Positions 28,637 to 37,760 of a DNA stretch of 64,000 bases are shown one piece after another. The translations under genes and the position numbers were made by a program. Numbering within the stretch: the first letter of the stretch is position 1; each line of letters starts with the position of its first letter. Below the pieces are notes generated by a model. It saw only the letters and a program-made list of their open reading frames with translations. It had not been told where the DNA came from and did not search any database. This DNA is from an uncultured Gemmatimonadales bacterium (GTDB taxonomy: Bacteria; Gemmatimonadota; Gemmatimonadetes; Gemmatimonadales; GWC2-71-9), in the NCBI GenBank assembly GCA_963779755.1, contig CAVZZO010000001.1, positions 1,632,001 through 1,696,000 of the forward strand, given 5' to 3'.

Positions 28637-29296
28637 TCACACCATCAGTTCCAGCGCCTCTCCTGCCGCGCGGCTCTGGGCCAGCAGCCCGGCCACCTCG
28701 TCGTCGGTCGTCTGGGCGAAGTCCCGGTACCAGAGGCCGACCGCCAGCGGGTCCCGCACCCGATAGAGCCAGATCACGGCGTCCACCTCGGGCTGCAGGT
28801 GCTCCACCAGCGCATGCGAACACGCCGGCACCGCGAAGATGACCCGGACCGGCCGCTGCGCCCGGATACTGCGGACCGCCGCCATGGCGGCCGCCGGCGA
28901 GCTGCTGCCGTCGTCGGCCAGGATCACCGAGGAGCCGGCCAGCGGCAGCGGGAGATTGTCCCGGCGCATCCGCCGTTCGTCCCGCAGCACTTCCCGCCGC
29001 TCCAGCTCCACCAGGCGGTCCAGGTACTCCCGCTCCATCCCCAGACGCGCCACCGTGCCCTCGTGCAGCACCGTCGCGTCCCGGGCCACGGCGCCCAGCC
29101 ACACGGCCGGATTGCCGGGCAGGCCCAGGTCGCGGACCACCAGCACGTCGAGCGGGGCCTGCAGTACGCCGGCGATCTCGGTTGCCACCCGCACGGCGCC
29201 TCGGGAGACGGCCAGCACGGCAGGTTGCTGGTCCCGGTAGAACCCGAGACGGGCGCCCAGCCGCCGGCCGGCTTCGCTGCGGTCGAGGAAGATCAT
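28637..29296 (-). CDS. Phosphoribosyltransferase-like protein
   Basis: FLDRSEAGRRL, SRGAV, VILADDG, AVGLWYRDFAQTTDDEV. Confidence 0.88.
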   Translation of the reverse strand: MIFLDRSEAGRRLGARLGFYRDQQPAVLAVSRGAVRVATEIAGVLQAPLDVLVVRDLGLPGNPAVWLGAVARDATVLHEGTVARLGMEREYLDRLVELERREVLRDERRMRRDNLPLPLAGSSVILADDGSSSPAAAMAAVRSIRAQRPVRVIFAVPACSHALVEHLQPEVDAVIWLYRVRDPLAVGLWYRDFAQTTDDEVAGLLAQSRAAGEALELMV

Positions 29297-29325
29297 GGCT
29301 GACTCCAGTGTGGTCCGGAGACAGC

Positions 29326-31512
29326 TTACGGCCGCGCAGGTGAAGAAGGCCTGAAGATGGGGGGAAGCCCGCCCTCACCTCGTCGCTCTCCCGTCTCTTC
29401 CCTCGCTTCTCCCAGCAGAATCCTCCCGTCCGCCGCCACCGCCCCGTCGGCGAAGGCCAGCAGCGGGTTGACGTCCAGCTCGGCGATGTCGGGGTATTCG
29501 ATCGCCAGCTGAGAGATCCGCAGCAGGACGTCCTCCAGGGCCGCCAGGTCGGACGGCGGGTCGCCGCGGACCCCTTCCAGCATCCGGAAGCCGCGGATCC
29601 CGCGCACCATGTCCCGGGCATCGGCCCGTTGCATGGGGGCCAGCCGGAAGGTGACGTCGCCCAGCACCTCGACCAGCACGCCGCCCAGGCCGAACATCAC
29701 CATGGGGCCGAAGGAGGGATCGCGCGAGAGGCCGGCGATCATCTCGCGGCCGCCGCGCACCATCTGCTGGACCAGGATGCCGGTGACCGAGGCTTCGGGG
29801 GCTCGCCGGGCTACCGCGGCCATGATCTCCCCGTAGGCGCCACGCACCTCCTGGGCATTGCCGAGGTCTACGCGGACTCCGCCCACGTCGGTTTTGTGCA
29901 CGATTTCCGGAGAGACGATCTTGAGCACCACCGGGTAGCCCAGGCGCTCGGCGGCCTGGACCGCCGCATCGGCGCCGGTGACCAGCACGATTGGCGCCGT
30001 CCGGATGCCGCAGGCCTCGAGCAGCGCCAGGGTCTCATCCTCCGGCAGCTTGCGCACCCCGTTCCGGCGGGCCCGCCCCAGGATGGCGGCGATCTTCTCC
30101 CGGTCCATGTCCAGCGTGACCCGCTCCTGCGCGGGACGCTCGCACCATTCCCGGTACCGGCACATCGAGGATAACGCCCGCGCCGCCGATTCGGGGAAGA
30201 TATAGGCGGGGATGCGCACCTCATGCAGCTCCGCCTTCCCCTGGGGGAGGCCTTCGCGCCCCATCAGCACCGCCATGATGGGCTTCTCCGGCCGGTCGGC
30301 CGCCGCCCGCGCGATCGCCTCCGCCACATCGGCTTGGCGGATGCCCAGTGGCGGAACGAAGATCGCCACCACGCTGTCCACGCCGGGATCGCTCAGCAGC
30401 CCGTCCAGGGCCGCCCGGTAGTTGGCCGGAGTGGCGGAGGCAATCATGTCCAGCGGATTTCGTACCGAGGCTTCGGCCGGAAAGAGCGTGCGCAGGCGGT
30501 CGGCGGTGGCGGGATCGAGCTCGGTGACCTCGAGCCCCGCCGCCTCCAGCGCGTCGGCGGCCAGAATGCCGGGGCCGCCGGAGTTGGTGAGCACGGCGGT
30601 ACGCCGGGAGCCCGGCATGGGCTGGCCGCTGAAGGCCATGGCCAGATCGAACAACTCCTCCACCGACCCGGCCCGGAGCACGCCCGCCTGCGCCAGCAGG
30701 GCGTCCACGGCGGCATCGCTCGCCGCCAGGGCGCCGGTATGGGAGCTGGCGGCCCGGGCGCCCACCCGCGAGCGGCCGGATTTCACGGCGATAATCGGCT
30801 TGTGTTTCGTAATGCGGCCGGCGATTTCCAGGAAGCGGCGCGGATTGCCGAAGTTCTCGACGTACATGAGGATGACGCCGACGGCGGGATCGTCCTCCCA
30901 GGCCAGCAGGATGTCGTTGCCGCTGGTGTTGGCCTTGTTCCCCATGGAGACGAACTGCGCGATGCCGATGCCGTACTCCTGGGCGTAGTCCAGGACGCTC
31001 AGCCCCATGGCGCCGGACTGGGTCATGAAGCCGACCCGCCCAAAAGGCGGCATACTGGGAGCGAAGGTGGCGTTCATGGAGACCGCCGGATCGGCATTCA
31101 GCACCCCCATGCAGTTGGGGCCGATCATGCGCATGCCGTACCGCGTGACGATCTCCACCAGCTCCCGCTCCCGGGCGATGCCTTCGCCCCCAACCTCGCG
31201 GAAGCCGGCCGAGATGACCACCAGCCCCTTGACCCCCGCCCGGCCGCATTCGTCCGCCACCGTGGCGACGTACTGCTTGGGGACGGCCACCACCGCGAGG
31301 TCGGGCGGCTCCGGCAGGGCCGACACCGAGGGATAGGCGCGGATCGAGTTGACCGATCCGGCGGAGGGATTGACGGGGTAGACCGGCCCGCTGAAGCCGT
31401 AGCGCACCAGGTTGGAGACGATCTCGTGGCCGATGGTATTGGCGGACCGCGACGCGCCCACCACCACAATACTGCGTGGGCGCAGAATGGGAAGCAGCGA
31501 AGAGTTGGGCAT
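29326..31512 (-). CDS. ADP-forming acyl-CoA (acetate--CoA) ligase
   Basis: VVGAS, GPNCMG, QSGA, SHTGALA, NPLD, ATP-grasp HKTDVGGV, ELDVNPL. Confidence 0.92.
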   Translation of the reverse strand: MPNSSLLPILRPRSIVVVGASRSANTIGHEIVSNLVRYGFSGPVYPVNPSAGSVNSIRAYPSVSALPEPPDLAVVAVPKQYVATVADECGRAGVKGLVVISAGFREVGGEGIARERELVEIVTRYGMRMIGPNCMGVLNADPAVSMNATFAPSMPPFGRVGFMTQSGAMGLSVLDYAQEYGIGIAQFVSMGNKANTSGNDILLAWEDDPAVGVILMYVENFGNPRRFLEIAGRITKHKPIIAVKSGRSRVGARAASSHTGALAASDAAVDALLAQAGVLRAGSVEELFDLAMAFSGQPMPGSRRTAVLTNSGGPGILAADALEAAGLEVTELDPATADRLRTLFPAEASVRNPLDMIASATPANYRAALDGLLSDPGVDSVVAIFVPPLGIRQADVAEAIARAAADRPEKPIMAVLMGREGLPQGKAELHEVRIPAYIFPESAARALSSMCRYREWCERPAQERVTLDMDREKIAAILGRARRNGVRKLPEDETLALLEACGIRTAPIVLVTGADAAVQAAERLGYPVVLKIVSPEIVHKTDVGGVRVDLGNAQEVRGAYGEIMAAVARRAPEASVTGILVQQMVRGGREMIAGLSRDPSFGPMVMFGLGGVLVEVLGDVTFRLAPMQRADARDMVRGIRGFRMLEGVRGDPPSDLAALEDVLLRISQLAIEYPDIAELDVNPLLAFADGAVAADGRILLGEAREETGERRGEGGLPPIFRPSSPARP

Positions 31513-31614
31513 GCGGGGAAGATAAACAGCCGGAATCAGGGGATCAGGAAAGAGGGATGAAGGGTGCGTGAGGGCCGTCACCTGTCGAGGCCCGCTCTCG
31601 CCCTATGCTGACGG

Positions 31615-32652
31615 ATGGGATTACACGCGGTGGGACAATGGCTACGCCGGGGGCGGAACCGTCCGGCGGTCTGGCTGGCGCTCCTCCTCCTGGTGGTGAC
31701 CGGTGGGCTGAGCGTCCGGAGCTGCGCCTCGGCTCCCCGGATCTGGCAGCCCCCGGCGCGCGAAACCCTGCCCGCCGACAGCGTGGCGGAGGTGGCAGTG
31801 GTCATGCACCGGGTGGACTACCGCGCGCTCGATTCGGCGGTGCTTCACATCCGCCTGCTCACCGGGCACCTGCACCCGACCGGCAACGCGCCCCCCAGCT
31901 TCGACGACCCGCGTTCCTTCCGGATCGTCATGGACACCGCGGTGGTTCTGGTGGATACGGCCAGCCTGGGGGCCCTGCTCAACGGGTACGTCTTCGCCTA
32001 CCGGGGCTCACCCCTGCGCCAGCTCAGTGTTTCGGTGGAGGGTCGCCGGCTGCAGCTCCGCGGGGCGTTGCACAAGCTGGTGGACATTCCCTTCGAGATT
32101 TCGGCCGCCGTCACGCTGCTCCCCTCCGGTGAGATCCGGCTGCATCCCGTCTCGATCGACGTGTTCAAGCTGGGGGTGGACGGGCTGCTGGACTTCTTCG
32201 GGGTGCAGCTGGATGAGCTGGTCAAGGGCGGGGCGAGCCGAGGTGTCGTGCTGCGGGACAATGATTTCTATCTCGATGCGGCGGCCCTGCTCCCGCCCCC
32301 CCGGGCCGAAGGCCGGGTCCGGGCGCTGCGGCTGGAGCCGGGCGCGCTGCGGCTGGTATTCGGCCCCGATACGGCGCGCCCGGGTCCGCCTGTCGCTTCG
32401 AGCCTGGTGCCGCCGGAGGTGGCATTGGGTTTCCGGGGCGCGCAGCTGCGGTTCGGGAAACTGACCATGCGGCATACCGACATGCGGATCATGGATGCCG
32501 ATACCACCGACGGGTTCGATTTCGACCTCAACCACTATCGCGTGCAGCTGGTGCCGGGCTATACCAGGACCCGGTGGGATGACGGCCTGGTGGTATATAT
32601 GCGGGACTACGGGGATGCGCTGAAAGAAGAGACGAAAAGCGGAAAGGACTGA
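31615..32652 (+). CDS. Hypothetical membrane-anchored beta-rich protein
   Basis: N-terminal TM/signal segment, codon usage typical of the region, fills the gap between neighbouring genes. Confidence 0.65.
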   Translation: MGLHAVGQWLRRGRNRPAVWLALLLLVVTGGLSVRSCASAPRIWQPPARETLPADSVAEVAVVMHRVDYRALDSAVLHIRLLTGHLHPTGNAPPSFDDPRSFRIVMDTAVVLVDTASLGALLNGYVFAYRGSPLRQLSVSVEGRRLQLRGALHKLVDIPFEISAAVTLLPSGEIRLHPVSIDVFKLGVDGLLDFFGVQLDELVKGGASRGVVLRDNDFYLDAAALLPPPRAEGRVRALRLEPGALRLVFGPDTARPGPPVASSLVPPEVALGFRGAQLRFGKLTMRHTDMRIMDADTTDGFDFDLNHYRVQLVPGYTRTRWDDGLVVYMRDYGDALKEETKSGKD

Positions 32653-32693
32653 GCACTGGGGCCGGGTTCCGTCCCTTCACGTCCCCGGTTTTC

Positions 32694-34598
32694 TCATCGG
32701 ACTCGGAGCAGGGCCAGATCCGTCCGCTGCACCGACAGCGGGGCGCCCCCCGCCCCGGTGTAGGAAATGCGCACGGCGCCGCGCGCCGGGATCTGGATAT
32801 AGCGGGCATCCAGGTCGGTCAGGTGCATGGTCGAGACTGCCCCGGCCGGCGAGACGGTGACGTCGGCCAGCAGGGAGGGTGAGAAGAAGCTGCGCAGGTT
32901 CCACATCGGATCCTGGATGTCCGCACTCGCGCCGGGCAGTTCATCGGCGTACCAGGACAGCAGCCAGTCGCCCACCACCTTGTTGGGAGGATCGCTGGTG
33001 CCGCGCAGCGCGTTGGAAACCTGGGTAAAGGTCCGCCGCTCCGGCAGGCGGGAGAACCGCGCCAGGGCCGTGTCCAGCGGCTGCCCCGACTCGACCGCCC
33101 GGGAGATCAGGGCCGCCACCATCTGGCAGGCCATGGGGTAGTCCACACTGCTCCCGATCTCCTGCATCCGGGTCCGGTCCATCGCCAGTCCGCAGCGGGA
33201 GCGCACCACGGTCCCCGCCGGGGTCAGGATCCCGGGAGTATGGCTGAGGTTCGCGGTCAGCGGGTGGGGCAGCCCCTGCTCGGCCCAGAGATGGCGCATG
33301 AGGTCGGCATAGCCCTCGACCGTCCAGCTGCGCCAGGTATCCCGGCGGGGGCCGGGCGTGGTGAATCCGAAGTCTTCCAGGTGCGCCGTTTCGTGGGCCG
33401 CGGTCGAGAGCAGGCGCGCCTGCTGGACCGACGACGCCCGGAAGAGAGCGCCGCCGTCCAGCCATACCAGATTGGCCGTGATCCGGCGCCGGGAGCAGGA
33501 GGATCCAACCTCCCAGCCCGGATAGGCGAAGCCGCGCGCCCGGCTGCCGCTGCTGTCGCTGATCAGCACCGGGATGAGCTGCTTCGGCTCGCGGCCCGGC
33601 AGGACCTGATCGAAGAAGGGAGCCACCAGGGTGTCGTAGTCCGACAGGAACTCCAGCAGGCGCTGCCGTACCGCCATCGAATCGCGACGGGCCCGCCGCA
33701 GCGTGGGCCGGTCGAACAGCACCACCAGGTGTCGCGAGATGCCTACCACGTGCCAGTATTCGCTCCGCCGGTCCTGCCCGTGCAGACCCAGGAAGGCGCC
33801 CCGGTCCGTCCGTCCGGTGGCGACCTGGACCGAATCGCCCAGGAAGGAGGGGAAGGGGCAGGCCAGCGATTCTGACGCGAGGCCGGACGACGAGGAGGGG
33901 AGCGCGAATTCCGGGGTGGCCGCCAGCCACTGCAGTGCGTCCCGGCCGGTCGACTCCGGCCTCAGGCCGGCCCGGGGGGTGCGCCGGGGCAGGTTCTCCT
34001 CGTGCTGCAAAGCCCGGGCGCGGCGCAGCCGGCCCGAGACCGGCAGGATGCTGACCCGCCCCGCCACGCTGCCGGCATCCCCTGGGGTGAGGGACTGGTC
34101 GTGGTCCCAGGTGAACGGCATGGCCAGATAGAAGCCGGAGTCGGGCAACTCCACGGCGCAGCCGCGGGCCACGGCCGCGGTGGCAATGGCGTGTTCGCCC
34201 GGCTGGAGCGTCAGCCGGTAGGGAACCGACTGGGCCGGCAGCGAGAACGTGGTCCGCTGCCGGCCCCGCCTGACCTCGATCTCATAGGAAATCCCTTCGC
34301 GCAGGCAGGGGCGGAACAGCGCTTCCGGCACGACCAGGCGCAGGTGGGTCGGGGTGGACTCCAGCATATGCGCCGGGAGGCCGCCGATGCGCACGTGCAC
34401 GCCCTCGAGATCGATACCCTGCAGCCGGAGCGGCCGGTCGGGATCCAGTACGCTGTCGCTCGGGGCGACCCGCAGGGCCACCGGTCCCACCAATCCCTCG
34501 TCCGCGCGGCACGCGATCGCCGCCACCACCGCCGCCGCGAGGAGCGGCAGGTGGCGCGACGTCCGGAGGGCCTGGCGGAGCAGGTAGCGCGCGATCAT
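32694..34598 (-). CDS. Lipoprotein with IPT/TIG-like domain and zincin metallopeptidase motif
   Basis: AIAC lipobox; VRIGG..A....STPTHLRLVVP; AAHETAH...WTVEGYAD. Confidence 0.65.
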   Translation of the reverse strand: MIARYLLRQALRTSRHLPLLAAAVVAAIACRADEGLVGPVALRVAPSDSVLDPDRPLRLQGIDLEGVHVRIGGLPAHMLESTPTHLRLVVPEALFRPCLREGISYEIEVRRGRQRTTFSLPAQSVPYRLTLQPGEHAIATAAVARGCAVELPDSGFYLAMPFTWDHDQSLTPGDAGSVAGRVSILPVSGRLRRARALQHEENLPRRTPRAGLRPESTGRDALQWLAATPEFALPSSSSGLASESLACPFPSFLGDSVQVATGRTDRGAFLGLHGQDRRSEYWHVVGISRHLVVLFDRPTLRRARRDSMAVRQRLLEFLSDYDTLVAPFFDQVLPGREPKQLIPVLISDSSGSRARGFAYPGWEVGSSCSRRRITANLVWLDGGALFRASSVQQARLLSTAAHETAHLEDFGFTTPGPRRDTWRSWTVEGYADLMRHLWAEQGLPHPLTANLSHTPGILTPAGTVVRSRCGLAMDRTRMQEIGSSVDYPMACQMVAALISRAVESGQPLDTALARFSRLPERRTFTQVSNALRGTSDPPNKVVGDWLLSWYADELPGASADIQDPMWNLRSFFSPSLLADVTVSPAGAVSTMHLTDLDARYIQIPARGAVRISYTGAGGAPLSVQRTDLALLRVR

Positions 34599-34632
34599 CG
34601 AGTTGCCTGAGCGAGAAACTGCCCATAGTGCG

Positions 34633-34648
34633 TGCAAGAGTGATACCG
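34633..34648 (-). promoter_or_regulatory. Putative sigma-54 promoter
   Basis: Minus strand CGGTAT-CACTC-TTGCA, GG-N10-GC spacing, ~35 bp upstream of the ATG at 34598. Confidence 0.55.
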
Positions 34649-34661
34649 CTCACCTTTCCTC

Positions 34662-34677
34662 TGTGATCTGGCGCACA
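34662..34677. promoter_or_regulatory. CRP-like site
   Basis: TGTGA-TCTGGC-GCACA (9/10 match to TGTGA-N6-TCACA). Confidence 0.5.
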
Positions 34678-34856
34678 GTCGGCTGAGGAGCGGCTTAACG
34701 CGAGGACACTATTGGGTTTTGCGGATAATCGAGAGGACAGGATGGGGGGGGCGGGCCGGTCCCGAAATGGCGTTTCGCGCCTGGATCATGGATCTTTCAC
34801 CCAGACTGTGCCATGCTCGAATGCCGGAAGTACCCTGCTTCGGGAGGAGGCAGCCA

Positions 34857-35354
34857 ATGACACGCACCGCCATGAGCGTCCTCTTCGGGCTGGGGCTGCT
34901 CGCCGCCTGCGGCCAGGCGCCGGGAGCGGTGCCGGTCCTGGGTGACGTTGGGGCTCTGCAGGGTGAGTGGTATGGGGAGTACCAGAGCGCGGCGACTGGC
35001 CGGTCGGGCAGTATCTCGTTCACTCTGCGTGCGGGGACAGACACCGCCCAGGGCGATGTGGTCATGACACCACAGGGATGGGACCATCCGGTGCAACCGG
35101 CCGGCCAGCCCGGGATCCCGTCCGCTCAGCGCACCCGGCGCCGGATCCTGAGCATCACCTTTGTCCGCGCCTCCGGGGGGACGGTCACGGGGCGCCTGGA
35201 TGCCTACATCGATCCGCAGTGTGGCTGCGACGTGATGACTACGTTCGAGGGGGGCCTCCGCGGCGATACCCTGGCAGGAACGTTCCGTTCGCACCACGTG
35301 CAGGGGGGCGCGACCCGAAGCGGTGAGTGGTGGGTGGTACGGAAAAAGGACTGA
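34857..35354 (+). CDS. Hypothetical lipoprotein
   Basis: GGAGG RBS, LAAC lipobox, CGC motif. Confidence 0.75.
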   Translation: MTRTAMSVLFGLGLLAACGQAPGAVPVLGDVGALQGEWYGEYQSAATGRSGSISFTLRAGTDTAQGDVVMTPQGWDHPVQPAGQPGIPSAQRTRRRILSITFVRASGGTVTGRLDAYIDPQCGCDVMTTFEGGLRGDTLAGTFRSHHVQGGATRSGEWWVVRKKD

Positions 35355-35404
35355 GGTGAAAGGACCGTGGGGCGTCGGCGGTCGCACATTCACTCAGTCA
35401 GTCC

Positions 35405-35842
35405 TCAGTCCTCGGTCCTTTCCAGCCATCCTTCGGGATAGACAGTGGACATCCCCGCCGCGGCGGCCAGCAGCTCCTGGGCGGCGCGGGCGTAGGGGAC
35501 CAGGCGAGCCAGGCTGCCGCGCTGCAGCCGCAGCTTGCCCGTCAAGATGCTCATGACCGCCGGCGTATGCCCGGAGAGGAGCCGGTGCCATTCCCTTGCG
35601 CTGCCGGCCAGCACGAAGTCGGCGCCGGTTTCATCCTCCGGCGTGGCCACCCTCGCCACCCGACAGACGCCATGCCAGAGGTCCAGGAAGACCGCCCGCT
35701 GGCGTGGCTCCGGGCCGGGCGCCGTCATCACCAGCAGGATGCTGCCCTCCCAGGTCGCGGCGGAAACCCGGTACGCCTCGCTCTCGCCCAGCAGGGCGGC
35801 CCAGGCGGTGGCCCACAGCTCGGTGAACGCTTCGATCTCCAT
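35405..35842 (-). CDS. SCP2 sterol/lipid-binding domain protein
   Basis: FLDLWHGVCR, ADFVLAG...W, ILTGKLRLQRG. Confidence 0.8.
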   Translation of the reverse strand: MEIEAFTELWATAWAALLGESEAYRVSAATWEGSILLVMTAPGPEPRQRAVFLDLWHGVCRVARVATPEDETGADFVLAGSAREWHRLLSGHTPAVMSILTGKLRLQRGSLARLVPYARAAQELLAAAAGMSTVYPEGWLERTED

Positions 35843-36268
35843 GATGCTCCCGGCCCTCCCAGGCCGTTTCGCGACCGGGCGAAGCTAGTGGCATCCGGCC
35901 GGCTGCGCCAGCCGTCGGCAACTGCCGTCGGAGCCAAGTGTTAGGCCCGCGCATGTGTATCGTATTGTGACACGTGCAATATGTGGCGTGTGCCACAGGG
36001 GATGTGGCTGTGATGTCTAGGCCCGCGGCGGTAGTACTCTTGATGTGGTCAGGGTGACCCCCGTCACTGTGCTTGGGCTGGCGGGTCATCATCTTGACCC
36101 CCGCACGAATGGTCGCCGTGCGCCCAGATTCGGTGCCGGTCGCAGGGAGCAGCGAGCAGTGTTGAAGAATCCGACAGCTTCGGCGTCGTGGAGCGAGACC
36201 CCGGGCCCGGCGGGCCGGACCGCGAACGAAGCTCACGCCCGTGTCCCCACTCTTTGGAGGTCTCACAG

Positions 36269-36937
36269 ATGTCGCTTCTCACCCCCAACGCCGGCAAGCT
36301 GGCGGCGCTGAGTCTGGTAGCGGCGGTCGGACTCGCGGGATGCTCCCGCGTGACGCCCGATCAGCTCCAGACGCAGCTCACGCAGGTCCGCAGTGAGATG
36401 GCGTCCGGCGATAGCGCCCTGTCGCAGCGGATCGCGTCCAACGACCAGCGCATCACCGATCTCTCCACCCGGATGGATTCCCTGCAGCGCGATCTGGAAG
36501 CGCTGCGAACCGAGTTCCATGCCAGCATCCAGCAGATGCAGAGCGCGCTGCGCTTCAACGTGCCGGTGCATTTCGCCTTCGATGACGCTACCGTCCGCGA
36601 AGAGGACCAGCCGGTGCTGAGCCGCTTTGCCAACGTGGTGCAGAAGTACTTCGGCAGCGACGCCGTGATCACCGTGGAAGGCTTCGCCGATCCTGCCGGC
36701 AGCGCCCGCTACAATATCGAGCTGGGGCTGAATCGCGCCGAGTCGGTCAAGGATTACCTGGTCAACCAGGGAGGCCTGGCCGGGGCGAAGATCAACACCG
36801 TGAGCTACGGAGAGGCCCGCAACCGGCAGGTCACGCCGGGAGCCCATGGCCCCGGTGATACCGGCGTCGAGAACCGGCGGGTTGCGCTGGTAATCGATTA
36901 CGCCGGCAATGCCCCCTCGACGACGGCGAGCCGCTGA
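36269..36937 (+). CDS. OmpA-family peptidoglycan-binding lipoprotein with N-terminal coiled coil
   Basis: GGAGG RBS, LAGC lipobox, VHFAFD, EGFAD..G...YN..LGLNRA, ENRRV. Confidence 0.9.
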   Translation: MSLLTPNAGKLAALSLVAAVGLAGCSRVTPDQLQTQLTQVRSEMASGDSALSQRIASNDQRITDLSTRMDSLQRDLEALRTEFHASIQQMQSALRFNVPVHFAFDDATVREEDQPVLSRFANVVQKYFGSDAVITVEGFADPAGSARYNIELGLNRAESVKDYLVNQGGLAGAKINTVSYGEARNRQVTPGAHGPGDTGVENRRVALVIDYAGNAPSTTASR

Positions 36938-36957
36938 ACTTTCAGGGGGGGATACAT

Positions 36958-36985
36958 AAAGGCCTCCGCATCCGCGGAGGCCTTT
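36958..36985. terminator. Bidirectional intrinsic terminator
   Basis: AAAGGCCTCCGC-ATCC-GCGGAGGCCTTT between convergent genes. Confidence 0.85.
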
Positions 36986-37000
36986 GTCTTCTCAGGAGGG

Positions 37001-37231
37001 TTACGCCTGGTCGGCCGGTTTGCAGATCCGGAGCTTGGGACTTCCAGGCATCCCCACGAAGGTGAGCCCCAGCCGGGCGATATCTTCGGTTGTCAGGCTG
37101 CTCAGGGTTTCCTGATCCAGGAACCCGCTGCGGCGCGCGCACGGCTCACAGATCCCGTGGGACACGGTAGATCCGGGAGGGCCTCCCTCGATAGTGACGC
37201 CACACCAGGCGCAGCGCAGAAGCAACGACAT
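37001..37231 (-). CDS. Small zinc-finger-like protein (76 aa)
   Basis: MSLLLRCAWCG...SHGICEPC. Confidence 0.65.
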   Translation of the reverse strand: MSLLLRCAWCGVTIEGGPPGSTVSHGICEPCARRSGFLDQETLSSLTTEDIARLGLTFVGMPGSPKLRICKPADQA

Positions 37232-37325
37232 TCGATTCCTGTGGCTAGTTTTCCGGTGTCTCCCGGGGGAAATCGGCCCCATTCCGGGGTGTGAGTGCCT
37301 TCTCTCCGCTAAAAGGGCATTTCGC

Positions 37326-37760
37326 ATGCCACGGTTGGCTTCGCTGAGCCGAAAACGGGCTGGGCTGCTGGTAACTGGAGCGCTCCTTCTCGCCCTGGGA
37401 GCGGTAGCGGGTCTGGTGCCGCACCCCCGTGGTGCGCCCGTGGGACGGCTGCTCGATCCGGCCGGCGGGATCTGGGCCGTGGCGGCGCAGGATGACGGTG
37501 GCCGCCACGGACTGGGAGGCACGCCGCACCGGCGTGCCTGGGTGCTGGCCGCCGGCGCCGGAGGGCTCGCCTGGGCGGCGTTGCTGGGCTGGCGCGCGGC
37601 GGTGTCGCCGCTGGTGCGTCTCGACCATCTGCTGGCAGCCATGCTGCACCTTCCCCCTTATGTGCTGCTCCTGGCCACGGTCCTCTCCGGTACCATGCTG
37701 GCGACGGGCGGAGCGATGCTGGGCCAGGGCCTTCGCGGGGTGAGAGGGCCGCATGTCTGA
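37326..37760 (+). CDS. Small membrane protein
   Basis: Three hydrophobic segments; overlaps the start of the downstream kinase. Confidence 0.5.
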   Translation: MPRLASLSRKRAGLLVTGALLLALGAVAGLVPHPRGAPVGRLLDPAGGIWAVAAQDDGGRHGLGGTPHRRAWVLAAGAGGLAWAALLGWRAAVSPLVRLDHLLAAMLHLPPYVLLLATVLSGTMLATGGAMLGQGLRGVRGPHV

